Notes: generated by a model from the letters alone, not told the origin. DNA of 61,482 bases, filler included, from Sphacelaria rigidula (GCA_964200075.2; 4 parts of 4 records of this genome joined end to end with filler, not necessarily neighbours in it), one strand, 5' to 3'. Numbered from the whole stretch's first letter, positions 35,966 to 49,957 are shown. Program-made: numbers and translations.

Positions 35966-38900
35966 GATCGGGGCTAAAGTATGTAGGGAATTTTTGCAAA
36001 GAGTGTGTAGGATCTTCCTGTTGAGAAATCGCACAAGCCGATGAGATGGGAATGATCCGCTCAGTCGAACGGCAAAGGAGCGAATGGGCCGCCCGGTCGG
36101 TTGGGAAAGAAGTGCAGAAGGCCATGTGCACCCATGACACGCACACCTCCCTGCTAAATTGCATCGCCCGTTCCGTCTGTTCACCATTCATTTTTATATC
36201 AAAACTGTAACAATGTAACACAGATGACCCACCCTGGGGGTGCCCGTCTGTATGGGTCGAGGCAGAGCAAATCGAAAACGCACAGTACAGGACAGCAGTG
36301 CAATGCTTTATATTACAGTACGGTGTTGTTTTCTCTCTCCCACCCGTGGCGTTCGTTGCGTTTGTCGGTGGGTATCACCTCCCAAGGATCAGATTACACG
36401 AAACCCTCCGACACCGCCATCCCTTCCTGCCTTCAGTTGCAAAAAAAAGCCCTTGGGCTGCGGTGGGCATTCATTTTTGAAGTAAATAGTACGCCCATAC
36501 AAACACAACTGACCCATCATGAGGTGGCTGCTGTCTGTAAATAGACAAAGCCGATTTGTACCGTACAGCGCAGTACAATCAGTATTGCACAATGTCATCT
36601 TCTTCGTGCCCCCCGCCGCATTTCTCACTGCGTCTGTGGGTATCGTCGAGTATGGGGTTAGCCCTCTGGAGAGCGTCACTCCTCCCTCGCGCTCCCGTGA
36701 AAGTGACGCTTGATCGCCAGGGTGGTGTCTTGCGTTCATTTTTCAAGTCAAAATCTCTGGAGACGGTCGTCTTTTCCTTTCTACAATAATAACCGGCTCT
36801 GAAGTTGAACTCTCCGATCGCCTATTTTTTATCATCTGCGTTTTGCTCTCATTTTTCAAGTGAAAAGTATGCCGATACAACATATGCCCGACCATGGGGT
36901 GAATAGAGGGTGAGTGACACCTATCCGTGTATTCATGACATACAAGCTCAAGTCGCAGGCAGCAGACGGAGGGTGTAGAGGCGGTACGGCGAACATGGCG
37001 GTACCAATACAATCAACACCACAGACAAAGAGGAGAGCACAATTCGATCACCGTGATGTTGTCTATCCCAGTACACGCCATGCTCGCGACCTTGGGTTCC
37101 TTGCGTGGCTGTGTACAGCAACTGCGGAGCTCTCCTCAACAGAAACTGTCTGAGTGTATCATGTTTGCACATGCGCACGAACCGAACAAAAGTTACTCCG
37201 CGACCGATTGAGACCTGCCCCTCGACGTTTCCCCCGGAGCCCCTTTTGGCTGTGATTATTTTTCACTTGTATTTATTGGGGTACACCATCGAGGGGTAGG
37301 TCTTATCCGAGCGGTTCTCCACGGTTACGTGCGCGATTCGAGCGCCGTTTGTTGCGTTGGGTGCTCACAGCCCCAATGCAATGCAATGCAATGCAGCGCC
37401 CATTTCAGGGCACGTCCCGCGGTCAGATCAGTACGCCGGAAATTATATTCAAATTATATGTTTTTCTCAGGTTTAGGGTGTACGCCTTCAAAGCTGGAAG
37501 ATAAGGCCGCGGCCATGGGCTGCGTGTGGATGGTCAGCAACAGGATGTAGGGTGTGAACAGGGAGGGTGATGCCTGCGCGTGCGATCAATCCGTCAAGAG
37601 ATTGAATTGTAAAAGCAAGTGTATTTGGGCGGAGCATCCCAGGACAAGGAAGGAAAATGGGGATTTTTGTCTGTGGTCGTTGTATTTTCCTCAAATAGCC
37701 CATTCACTTTTGTTGCCCCGAGTAGCACCCCTAACAGTGCGACAGTTATGCCCGTGAATGAAGGCCCTAGCGACCAGAAATCCGTGGGCAAAAAACAATG
37801 ATAAGAAACGCGGAGGAATAATGAGGAATAATGAAGACGTCATAAACCGGTCGGATCTCTCCCGAACCTCTGCCGAACCTCTGCCGAACAGAGCACACGC
37901 TCCATCCCAAGCCACCAAGCTTTAGTATGCTACAGCTATAATGTTTCCGTCGCGTTTTTTTCGACACAGGAAGCAAACCGGCCTGTGGCACTTCACAGCG
38001 CGCCGCACAGACACTCCACCAAGTCAGTGTAGCGACGGAGTTGTTCAGTTCGCCGTCGCGTATCCGAAAAGCCTCAGAAGGTGGAAGGAAACGCGTTTTT
38101 TAGTACATCTTGTGTTTGGTTCAGCGGTTTGCAGATTACCACACCCTGGACAATGGATTCTATTGTAAAAAATATACTGCGTACGGTATGGAATCTACTG
38201 TCTGTTGCAATAGGCGCAATCGTCGATACTGTACGCAGTACATTTTTGACTGTGCATTCTATTGTCCAAGGTACGCAAAATATTGCGACCTCTGCGGCAC
38301 CCGTTAACGAAAATTCGCCGCCACACTGGCTGGTTCTGGTGTGTGGGAAGCGCACGCATCAAACCGCAGTCCAATCCTCCGCTTCGTTTCCGAGAAATCC
38401 ACGCTGAAAGATAAGCACAGCAATCTACTGCAACAAGAGGGGCATAACAACAACACGAGCAGCATATTGTATCCTCCTGTTGTTGTAACCCTGTGTACAG
38501 GTATGCAGCAACGTCAGTCACGGGTTTGTTGTAGGATGTACTAAAGTGAGAGTACAATTTGTGTGAGCGTCGTCGTCATTTCGAGTAACGCGTGCACTTG
38601 TTAGTCACACTGATTGGCCCTTTCACGTTTCATTTCTTCTGCATTCAACTGACTGTGTAGTTGGTCGGTTCATTTTCCCGATATTTAGTGCCCAAATCGG
38701 GCCCCATTCACGGACATGACAGTATTGTACCGTGGCCTGTATTTCGCAGTGCCCAGTGATTGCACCCGTTTTTGCATGTTTAGCGGTGACTGTTCGATGA
38801 GCGCGGTGACTGTTCGATGAGCGCGGTGAAGGCAACATGTCTGTAACTGTTTTTGCGTCTTCATCGATAGTGGGATATCAGTCGCGCAAGCTCTAGGGGT

Positions 38901-39999
38901 TCTTGGAATAGCTGGTCAATCATTTCAACTACAGCCGGAGTATTTTTTATCAGCCTCTGCGCTCATGTCCGGCAGGCGTCCATCTCCGCCTATACGATGT
39001 ATTTTTTTTCAGTATTGGATCTTTCAGGCGGGGCTTAGTGTTTACGCCCGATTTATTGTCACGTTCTGCACCACCACCCCAAAGACAAGACGCGACGGAA
39101 TGAGAAAAGTGGACACAGCACTAAACCACGTTGATGTTGATGCACAGCTGTACTGTGTCTCTGAAGCGATGTCCTTGACAGAGTCTGGCTCAATTCCTCC
39201 CAGATGGTGGTCGCCGGAACCCCCGCGCTGGCGTTAACATCCGCCTGCGACGCCGTCGTCGGCGCAGGCGCCTCTCCGCTTGGTCCCCCGCCTGTCACCG
39301 TCGCAAGATATGTCCACGGGGACGCGCTTGCCAGACATCTGCCATTGATACCTCCGCAGTTGCCGCCATGCCTCCATCGGCTGCATCTGCCCCCCCCCCC
39401 CCCACCCGCCTGGCGCAGCCGCTGAATACGACGGGCGGGCCGCCACCGCCAGCCTGCCGCCAAACGCACCCGCGCCTGACGCCGGTACTGCCTCACCCGC
39501 CGCCGCCGCCATGCCCCCGTGGCTCGCTCTTCACCACTGCCGCATTCCATTGCCGAGCCGCACCCCCCAGCCCGCAGCCATCACCGCCGTCGCTGTACTA
39601 CCCCTTCGTTCCCCTGCTACCGTCGCCGCCGCAGACTGCCGGGCGGGCCCCGCCACCCTATCGCCGACGAGACCCATACCGGTAGCTATTCCCTCCTCAC
39701 CTCGCCCGCTTCCAACCGCTGCGGAGCCGGAACCCTGGGCAGGCCCGTCTTTCCCCTCACTGACACCATTCTCGCGGAGTGTGTGGTCGCCACAGACCCG
39801 CTCCCGCCGGCCGCCATCTTCGTTGCTCTCCCCCACGCCCGCCCCTTCAGCGTGCCCTCCTTCTCCTGCCACAGCCGTTGGCATGAAGTCACTTCGGGTA
39901 GGCGGTATTTTTACTTCCGTACTTGACGGGTTTATTGGTGCTCTCGAGTAGCACTCGCTCGTAAGTACCGGCGGCCAGGTACTTCCGCACATGTTTGTT

Positions 40000-42900
40000 G
40001 TTTTCACTTAGCAAGCTCTGGAAGCCTGGTCCACGGGAGAGGGCCTTCGACGTGGGATGCAATGTTTGTGTCGCCTTTTCGTAGTCTATGCTCGCCCTCG
40101 TTGCCCATGCTTCTTAGCAATTCCCACGGTGTCGGGGTCGTCGTATTACAAGCACCCTCAGCTCGGTCCCGCCGTCGGCCCATTCAGTTCGCACCTTCGC
40201 GGTATGGTAGGTTTCGAGCGCTAGATACCCGTCCTCTTTATCGGCCTGAGGAGGTTTCTGGTGCGCCTCAACGGCGTAGTCGATGACATGACCCTGCGCT
40301 ACGTGGTATGGATGTAGCTGTTCTGCATTGAGACAGGTAGATCTTATCCACTGCGCGGCCAGACTTTTGTTGGAGTGCCTTAAGCCTGAGCAGGCAACAG
40401 GGCGGTACCGATCCAAACGGGCAAAGGAGCCGCACGAGGGAAAGATGGCAAGGAAGAATGCATAGATCAGTCTGCACGTTCGGAATACTCACTGTGAGTA
40501 CATGCAGAAAGTCTAACATGAGTGCACCGACAAATCTAAATGATTTCAGCTACGGCAGACAAAGGCAGATTGTCAGTTGCCTGCCGCTGAGGGGGCGGAG
40601 GTGGGCTATACAGTTAAAGTGTCAACACGTTTGTATTCACAATTTGGACAACACAGTGCAACTGGTTATGACGCGGTTCCCGTGTTCCGAGTATAATCGA
40701 TCACGAGGGAGGTATCTTGTACGAGTCATGAGGATATTGCAGGTTGTTATCGGCGTTTTGAGTACACCGGACTGGGATCACACGGGTGTATTTAAGGAGG
40801 CGATGTACAGATAAAACGGAGTATTCAAATCACTTACAGTATGGAAACCCTAGTTAAAGCAACACGGGTCGTACTGATCGTTCATCATGCGATGTGTAGA
40901 GAGCAACCGGATTCTTCAGGCCACCAGCCGAGAAATGTGTATAGGTCAAACGGGCCATACGGACGTCAAATCATCCGCCGGTCGCAAAGGTCATACGGCT
41001 AATCATCGGGCGAGCTTGTGGGACCCACCCGTGCTTCATCAACGCCGGCAATGTAGACATCGATGACTTTTCCCCCTAAAAATTTGGTAAAACGCTGGCC
41101 GAACAGCGTCATGATGTGTCAAATTGGACACAGAGCCACTGTATAGCGACTCTTCTTTTTCCAGCTGCACATTAGTGCGCACCCTGAACGAAGGAATGCG
41201 AAATAGTCATCCATACTACCGCTGGCACAACTGACCATACGTCTAATTTACACAGATCACGGTGATACTCATACACCCCACGAATCAATCGTGCGGGATA
41301 CGTACATGTGTACAGATATCTGTACCTCCTTTATGAAGTCCCTGGGGCCTCAACTTCATGTTCAAAGTGCCCAGCTTGCTACAGTCAACTTACCACATTG
41401 TGAACATGCACCATGTACCAGGGTCATGCAGGTAAGCGGGTGAGGAATTCTGAATATTGTTTCTTGCATACTGGGTTCGGATCTTACGGGTGCGGGAAAC
41501 TATTTGTTGTTTATTGGATTCAGATTCCACAGGAAAGAGGTAGCTTTTGGTATACACAAGATCCAAGTCGCACGGGTCGGTGAGAAGCTGCTGCGTTTGC
41601 CATAAGCCAAGTAATATAGATGACAACTATATGATGTTATTCAAATGATATTTCTGCAGATCGATCCTACTTGAAGTGTGTGTGTGAAGCGGGGCATACA
41701 GCTCGTCGTTCGGAGAATATGTACCGGTCAAGCGGGTTCTACACGTATCCATCGGACAAACGTGCACGGGTGACAACACACCTCGGACAGCTTACGATCT
41801 ATGCCCCAAATTAGCCGACCCGGACCTGTCACGATCTGATCCGTCTGACGTGTGTATCATTCTCACCTCCATTGGAATTCAGAGTGCTGGACGAAATAAC
41901 TGCTCGGAGCTTGGGCAGAACCCCCTCCCTCTCCTGGGAAATATTGAGCAACCCCACAATTCCTGGCCACGCGGCCAGCAGCTCTTGCGTGCACATGACA
42001 TTACTTCTTCATGTTGGACTTCAACGCCAAGTTCCTGCCTTGAATCTTCGTCGGTCTGGTCGCGATATTCTTCGGCGGGGTTATATGTACCCTCTACTTT
42101 GTTACGCCCTTCTTTGTCTTGTCGCCCGATACGTAACACGCGATATTATCGTCCTGCCCTTTCTACTACACGTCGGAGCACGACATAACGGCCACAGCTT
42201 GCGGGTTGCTGACCACTTGTCCGTCGAGCGCATTGACTTCTTTCCCGGCCGGCGTAAAGGCTGGAGTACTGTGTAGCCTCTGATACGCCTTGCTCACGTG
42301 GGATTCACACTTGAGGAACAGCCCCGACGGTAGTTACGTCCCTCCGCTACTCCCTGGTTTTTCACAACTGTGTCATCATTGCAGCTATCTTCAAAACACA
42401 ATAGGTCGCAATGGTTTCGCCAAGACCAAATATACCCTTTATTGTATGTTTCGATGGTTGAGTAGTCGTTGAAAAATGGTGGACGCAAGTTGACCACCAA
42501 GTGGACGATAGTGGAAAATTTCGAGAGAAACATGATACACCATTCGACCGATTAAAACTGTCGAAGTGGTCACTCCTCTCCGTACAGGCTGTTTTGCATG
42601 ACCTCCACATTTTCTGGAAACATGCATGGTTGATGTGGGAAGCTTACTCCGGTGATCTGAGAACTTGCCAACCCCTTCGAAAAAGAGCCTCCCCCATTGA
42701 GCCTCGTGGACTGTCAACCGTCGATGCTGTCTGTTCGACGCAAAGCCGGTGGTCAAATAGTTAATGTACATAGTCGCGACCAAAAGCGATTCAATTCTTC
42801 GAAGAAATTCTTTATGGTGTATGGTGCATGCAAACTTAAGTTCGTCTTCGTCTATTCGCCGCGCACTCCATGATGCTGATGTGCTCGCAGTACCGTATCG

Positions 42901-43110
42901 CACCTCGGATGCGCTAACCCAAAATATTTGAGACCACATGTATACGACCATTTCGAAAGGACGAAATTCTGCCGTGGCGCAATGAATTCTGTCAATTCCA
43001 ACGAATGCCTTCCCGACTGGGTTGGGACGCTCACCATGTGCAGAACAAGCGGGTCTAGCAATAGTTACTGCCGCCCATGCTAGCGCCCGCCAGGCTCCTT
43101 TGTTCATCCA
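40000..43110 (-). pseudogene. Possible decayed multi-exon gene (unidentified; signal-peptide-like start), divergent from the methyltransferase
   Basis: Protein-like fragments interrupted by stops and frameshifts: MNKGAWRALAWAAVTIARPACSA, IDEDELKFACTIHHKEFLRRIESLL, STIVHLVVNLRPPFFNDYSTIETYNKGYIWSW, LLTDPCDLDLVYTKSYLFP, FLGGKVIDVYIAGVDEAR. Some plausible splice sites. I could not build a consistent model. Confidence 0.25.
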
Positions 43111-43198
43111 TCTCACCAGTAACGTTAGTCGATTGACGGTCTCCTCATGTTGCCCCCGTCAAATACCCCCTACTCCTGTATCATTGACACACGCAGGC

Positions 43199-45719
43199 AT
43201 GTCTATCGAAGATCTTTCGCCAATGACGCTACACCCCCCGCAGCCGCCTCTCACGGCACCCACGGACAGGAGCAGTGAAGAGGCTGTGCGAGTCGAAGCG
43301 ATGCAGGTAGCCGTCGTAGGTTCGCGGCTGTGCGCATTGGACGTTCCACGTATGGAAGTTAGTGTATCAACACTGGCTACTGGCTGTACGGCATTCCCGG
43401 CTGACTTTGACTCGGCATCTCAAGCATCAAGGTGGATGTGGATATGCATCGTTTTCATGTCACTTTTTTTATACTCATGCTGGCAATCTATAAACATCCG
43501 CACGCCTTTTGAGTCTTTTTGGTCGTGTTTTTTTTTCGATTGGAGTATGATACGACAGTTGATTGTCGTTTTGGCCGAGCTGGTTGAGCCACCCCTTCCC
43601 ACAAGTCCTGACTCTGATTCGTGTGTTTATCGAACTTTTGTCCTGCGCATTTGCTTTGCTTGTGGCGTACTGTATACCAGGAATGCATCGACGTGCTCAC
43701 GGAAAAGTCCAGGCAAGGCAATGAGATGGTGGCCAACCTCGTGCAGAGCCTCGGGTCGGCGCTCGTCTATCCCGACGCCGGAAATCTCGAAACGAACCGT
43801 AAGCTTTGGGACAACTACGCCGCAGAGTGGGAACCGAACGCTGGGTGAGCGATAAAGCGTCCTTTGTTTTTGACTTCGCCATCTGTTTTTGACGGAGGAA
43901 TGAACGTAGGCTTGTAGGCGGACTGACTGCGTCGGCTGCTTGCGCCACGTGTCGGGTTGGCCGTAGGTTTTTGTACCGCTCTGACCGTTCTCGTCAATGT
44001 CGTCGATGCAGCTGGGTGCAGAAGATGGCTGGAGGGTCCAAGGCGGATCGCCTTGAGGTGGTGGGAGATGAATGGTCTAGCCGAGACGAAGTGCTACGAG
44101 TCATCAACGACTTCATTCTGGTAAATTGCTCGCTGTAAATGTGACCCAGTGAAGCCTGATGCGCCATGTTCATGCTGACAGCCTGTGGAAAAGTTGTTTT
44201 TGTATGTGTCAAGCCAATATAGAGTGCGCAACTGCACAAATACAACCGTGCTTCGTCCGAAGTTTTCCCGTCAGCGGAGAAAACGGGTCTGCCTCCGTCG
44301 TCCACCACTTCCGCTTGCTCGCGCGCCGGGTTTTCCATACACCGTTTATTTTCGCTGGCGAGGCAAATGTCTTTCCCACATCAACTGTACAGCTTCGTGA
44401 TTCGTTAGCATGACGCGCCGCTTGACTATCTGCTCATTTGAACGTTTGAATGTTGTCTCTGATTTTTATGCGTGTTTCTTCTGTTCTGTTCTGTGTGTTC
44501 CTTCTATGCGTCGTCTCGAAGCCGAACGTAACAGAAACGAGCAATGTCGGGGAGATCGGCTGCGGCGGGGGGCGCGTGACGATCGAGGTGAGTCTCGTGT
44601 CCAAGAACGGAGGGTTGTAAAAGGTAGGCTTCGAGGTGTCCTTCCCCTCCTTCAGACTGGCGAAGTGTGCGGTTCACTTTCTGTCTCCAATGACAGATTT
44701 GAGCATCCAGTTCTAGCTCACACGACTCATGGTGTTTGCATACAGTACCATAGAGAGATCGCTTTTGCTTTTGCACGGGAATCGAGTGTGAGGGTGAAGG
44801 TAAGGGAGCAGCCGAGAGGTAGTGGGACAGCTCCGACAAACCGGATGGAAACAAGCAGCGAGCTAAAGCGTACCGGGCGCTGTTTTATGTTTGACGAACA
44901 CAACCTGCAGATACCACATTTTATTTTTCAGCTGTATTTTTGTCTAGAGGCCGTTGTCGAAACCTCGGAGCCGCGCAAATCGGAAAAAGTGGGCTAGATC
45001 CCTCCCGGTGGGGCGCTGCAAAGTGTTCGAGACGTGTAGTGGTGGTATTCTCTGCTTTGCGCCCAAAAACCGTGTCAAATGTCTCAAAAGTTGAAAAGAC
45101 GAGCCCAAAAAGACACGAACCGTGAGACCCGGCCTTAGACCCTGAAATTTTGCACGCGGGTGCTCTGACATATTTAGGAAGACTGCATGAATGGGGTCTT
45201 TCCCTTCTTGTTTTACACGCCAGATATTCGGCGAACCCCCCCGCCGAAAGACCTCATAGATGCAGTCTTTGTAACTATCTCAGAGTACACGCACGCGAAA
45301 TTTCGGGGTCTAACTCGGAAAAATGGCTTGAGGGACCGCCGGGGAGCAAATTCCAGTCGTTTACCCTGATCCAGCCCGTGTGAGATCATGAGGATGAAAA
45401 TATGGGAAAGATAATGGTGCATTGGGAAGCGGTGAAACTATCGAAAGAGGGAAGAACTTTTACCGAACGAGAGGAGATGATGGTGATGCTCTGGGCAATG
45501 ATCAGCCACTGTAGTAGAAAGAAAATATTCGCGCCTATGAAACTTATCGTCATTCACACGGGTATAGTAGCATTAATTGTGACGGACTTTTGTCCTGGGG
45601 CATTGTTCCGACAGGTGTTTCGCCATGCTGGACAGTTGACATGCTTCGATATCTCCAAGAACATGCTGAAGCGCACACATGATGCGGTTGGGGAGGACCT
45701 TTGCGCAGGAGGGGAAAAG
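43199..45719 (+). CDS. Class I SAM-dependent methyltransferase, 3'-partial. Exons 43199-43306, 43681-43844, 44012-44120, 44522-44587, 45615-45719
   Basis: In-phase GT-AG splicing gives MSIEDL...EAMQ|ECIDVL...ETNRKLWDNYAAEWEPNAG|WVQKM...VGDEWS...INDFIL|PNVTETSNVGEIGCGGGRVTIE|VFRHAGQLTCFDISKNMLKR. This contains motif I (EIGCGGG) and post-motif I (CFDISKNML). The gene runs off the scaffold end. Confidence 0.88.
44948..45313. repeat. Intronic copy of the 35.5-kb foldback family plus an adjacent small IR
   Basis: cgaaacctcggagccgcgcaaatcggaaaaagtgggctagatc resembles 35788-35830. IR ttagaccctgaaattttgcacgcgggtgctctga / tcagagtacacgcacgcgaaatttcggggtctaa (45136-45313). Confidence 0.6.
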
Positions 45720-46091
45720 GTGTGCAGTACACGTATATATTCCTGCATGTTTTTGTACTGCGATCGAGGGACTCAAGCACACCGGATTGGTTGATGCATT
45801 TAGTCATTGCTTATCCACATCTTGCCTTTGGCGGTGCGAAGGGCTGTTGCGGGCGAGCGACTCATGGTCCGCAATTGCGGTGACACGTGAAAAATACGTC
45901 AATGTATTCGATCTGCTATGTCGTTCTGTTCGACGTTTTTCTGTTCCTTCTTTCTCTTCGACGAGTGTTTCAGTTTTGATTTGTCTTGGGTTCGTCAATC
46001 ATGTGACCACGGTTGGATCATGACCCCTGCCGCGTACTCATGATCATGCATGCCACAGTCATCAGACCATTGACCTCGCATCACTGCAAAG

Positions 46092-46191
46092 NNNNNNNNN
46101 NNNNNNNNNNNNNNNNNNNNNNNNNNNNNNNNNNNTTAATTAATTAANNNNNNNNNNNNNNNNNNNNNNNNNNNNNNNNNNNNNNNNNNNN
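46092..46191. other. Artificial scaffold spacer (N44-TTAATTAATTAA-N44)
   Basis: Same 100-bp linker as at 15301. Confidence 0.97.
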
Positions 46192-47012
46192 GCATTCGGA
46201 ACATTAGTCGGGGGGGAGGATCCAGGACCAGGGTGCCCGGAACAAAACTGGCTAAAGTATCTCAGGGACGATCTCCACGCTTTCGGAGCCACAGACGACT
46301 CTACGGACGACGGCAGGCAGATATTCGGAATTGAACGCGTCCTATGGACCTCAGCAGCGAATAAGGAGGGGGAGTACTGCAGGGAGCGGAGAGGTTTTAT
46401 GATTTCATGGCACAGAAATGAAGAGGAGGCCAGCCAACTGCGTGCGATGAGACGGGAGACCAACGAAGCCCACATAGCACAGCAATGACGACGGTCCAGA
46501 GAAGGGGGGTGGGGGGCGAACCCCCCCGATGAGGGGTGTCCTTATGTCATGCAGTGCTGGTCTTGATACACCTGGTATGCTTGTACGTATGGCTGTCCCT
46601 TGAGAGGTCGAAAGATGGAACCTTGCGATCCTTAGTTCTTTGATTTGTGGTATGTGGGGCCTTGAGTCTCGCCCGTAGTCGGACACTATGTTCAACTCTA
46701 CTTGGCTTCGCACGTCGACTTGGAAAGCCGGGTGCCACCCCGTGAAGCCCGAATGGCCGCGTGCGGTACCGGATCTTCTGAGGTCAGCCATATGTTTACT
46801 CTTTCTCCTCAATTATTGATCCCTGATTTGCTGGTACCGCGTTTTGTGAGTTTATTCTAGGTTTGTTTTGTTTTTTTGGTTTTGCTTGATTTCTTCATAC
46901 CTTATTATGGGTAGCTAGCCTGTGACCACGGGAGGCGTCCGCATCAGATGCCCAGTACAAATGTACCGCGCAGATATCAGAACGGTTTTTAATGTGAAGA
47001 CAACAACAACAA
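46192..47012 (+). mobile_element. 3' end of an RTE-like LINE (ORF C-terminus, 3' UTR, (CAA)n tail)
   Basis: The frame from 46192 reads AFGTLVGGEDPGPGCPEQNWLKYLRDDLHAFG...FMISWHRNEEEAS...* (TGA 46486-46488), resembling the RTE C-terminal G-x-R-x-x-G-R-P-x-x-x-W-x-x-x-x-x-x-DL motif. It ends in acaacaacaacaa at ~47000-47012. Confidence 0.7.
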
Positions 47013-47913
47013 ACCCGGCGGGAGATAGCGGCACAGTGAACTTGTTATTATTCATTGTTTCGCCCAGTTTAGTGTCACGTTTTTCACAACTACCCCCAAA
47101 ACGCGGCTAGGTGAAGTAAATTAAGTCGACAGGGCAAACTCATGACAACTATGGTGATGCACAACTGTAGCACTTGTCCTAAACTACCCTTCCGTCGAAG
47201 TCCGGTTCAATTCTATCCAGTACAGCACACGAACGATCGACGGATGACCGAGAAAAAAGCCGACGAAATATGTACAAGCCCAAAAGCCATTTTTCAATAT
47301 GACCGACCTACACGCGATCGCAGATAACTCGCGCTGCACAAATAGCAGCCAGCTAAAACTCAAGAGGTAGGTAGAAATTGATAATAGCCATCGTTTAACA
47401 TCGAACTCGCACCAATTAGTTCTCGTGGTCGTGCGAAACTCGCCAAAGATGAACCTCACTATACATCAACATTTGCATGTACGGCAAGGGTATGCGCAGC
47501 CGCCACGTCGAGAGCTGATAAAGATGTACCTTAGCTACACAGAGCAAGTTGATTTGTCTCTGCAGCTGCTGTGTGAATTGAGATATTGCCATCTCGGCGG
47601 AGGGTGTTCGGACACATGAGATGCGGTGGAAATGTTTATCGGATACTCCGTAGTATAAAAAGAGCTGATATCCAAAATAAGCCGGCGGCAATCGCGCCGC
47701 GTTTGGGTGTGTTCGTGGTCGTAGTTCTTACGGCAAACAAACAACGCCAAAGCAATACTGTACGAGCTGAGCCAGCTGACAGTGATTTGCGAATGTATCC
47801 GGGCCGGGCGGTGGGTAATCTGAAGCGTTGGGCGCTGAAAAGTTGACACAATATGTTTATCATCACTACGCACAACCTTCCTGGGGATGCCAAGAAGAGT
47901 ATATATAAATATA

Positions 47914-48345
47914 CAAGGGTCTGTCGAGCAACATTTTTCGAACACATAGCCCCCCCCCCCCCCTTTCCGGAGGGCATTTTTTCGGACATTGTCATGATTT
48001 TTTCGATTTTATTATTGTCAAGTTTGTCGCAAGGGATTGATCAATGAACACTGCTTTGATTTTTTTGTTAATTTTGTTACAAGAAATTGATCAATAAACG
48101 CTGACAAAAATCGCGAAAATCTGGTGGGCATTGTGGGGTTCGTATATCTGCTTCTGTTCCTTACCCGTTCCGTCCCGATGACCTCAGATGCCGGAGGGCA
48201 TTTTTCCGACAATTAAAATTATCATGTTTTGTTTTTCTATTTTTTCTGTTGACTTTGTTGCAAGAAATTGATCAATGAACATTGACAAAGTCCGAAAAGT
48301 TTGGTGGGCTTTGCGGGGTATATGTTTGCTTCTGCTCCTTTACAC
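47914..48345 (+). mobile_element. Truncated left end of the P-like family seen at 9562, with an internal tandem duplication
   Basis: Begins CAAGGGTCTGTCGAGCAACATTTTTCGAACACATAGC-polyC. Shares tctggtgggc and gtcccgatgacctc(a/g)gatgccgg with 9690-9780. The ccggagggcattttt...ttgatcaatgaaca unit is repeated. Confidence 0.6.
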
Positions 48346-49957
48346 ATTAATTTATATGTTTATAATATATGATATATAATATAAGGATCATATGCTACAT
48401 ATTATATAGCATATATATAAATATATAATTACATGTACTTGTATCATTTCGCATTTTTCACCACTTTTGCCGAGTGTTCTCTGGCTGCAAGGCATATTAG
48501 CCCGCGCTTTTCTTTGCAGTACACGAAGAAGGCGCAGCGGTACATTACAATTCAGGTTTGGGTGTCATCTAATACCTGTGGCGAGTGTTCTGGCCATCGA
48601 AAGTCGCCCACACTGGCTCTTTTTCGCGGGGTGTCGATCCCGGACCACAAAGGCCTTTCCAAGATCGTCGAAAACTTCAAACAAGAGCTACAAAAACCCG
48701 CTCATGGCGGGGTATTTTTTCACAGCCATTTGCTTTGCGTTCTCGATGATTTGGGAACAAGAAGACAGTGGTTATGCAGCGAATGTCACGAGAACATGAG
48801 AGCATAGCAGTTGAAAACAGCTGGTCATTGCCTCGACTCAGTCAGCAGCAAACATAAGTCGAATGATCCGAGATCCCTTATCATTTAGTTTTGACGTGAA
48901 GCCTCTAACACGGTCATATCTGCGTAATATGTGCCCCAATTATGCGAACGTAACAATCCACAAAAAAAGCATCGTGAATAACACTGAAGAATGTGTCGAT
49001 TGGTATTAGAGGAAGGGCTCATAGTCACAGCTGCAGCAGGGGAAGTCGCTGATGGCCTGGTGTGTATTGATACGGTGGATACCCACGGTGCGTGGCATTT
49101 TGTTTTTTCAACACCCTGCTGTCCGATGACAGCTAGATAGAGTGGGTACAGTGATAGTTGAGCACGCAGGCTGCGACGGATCCTGCCGGCCTCATCATCA
49201 ATCTTCGCCCAGTTATGGATGAACGCTCGAAGAAACCCAGCAAATAAGCATAGTTTATGGTTCGCTATATATGTTCGGATTGGGAGCTGAACATTTCCGG
49301 GTGAAAAATCTCGACAGTCGAAGATTAAGCTCCTGTCGCGCGACCAGTGGGTAGTGCCACGGACCCTTGCCGACGTACCTGGCACTGGGGGTGACATCCC
49401 GGTACAGACAGTCCCATCACTACCGGGACGGCCGTGCAAACAGGCCGGCAGTCAGAATGGCCGTTGCATTGGTGTTCTTCTAGCGTTATCAACTCGGAGT
49501 ACGGCCGCACAGGCTTTGCACGCGAATATTTCGGTGATTGCCTCATTTCCACTTCGGCTATGTGCTGTGGATTATTTAATTATTTCACGCTCTCACCGCC
49601 TGATATGTATGAAAATGTATTACACGCTAGACAAGAGCCTTCTACAGTCAGTATACAATTTAAAAGCATGTACTATGCACAGTATAGCAGCTATTGCCTT
49701 CTGTGACGTGCACAATACTCGTACAAAAGTGGGAACTGCGCGCAGTATGACTTCAAGACAGTGTAGAAATCTCCACGCGGTATGAACTGTTACAGCCGGC
49801 TTGCACGCCATAGCGGCTGTGCTACCATCCGCTGAAGATACAGGCAGGGATTATAGCGGCAGTGGCGGTCTATAACGCTTGCGTGCGCCACCCAGGGCAA
49901 ATGCACACTTAGCTGCATCACCGACCGCTGTACTAGATGTGGCAGAGCAACGGGTGG

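Noticed and set aside
39059..40007. Overlapping Pro/Ala/Arg-rich ORFs in a GC-rich island
   Set aside because: Open in several frames because of GC content; no domain or splice model found.
47142..49560. Protein-like ORF fragments on both strands
   Set aside because: No recognisable family and no consistent frame. A BLASTx search would be needed.
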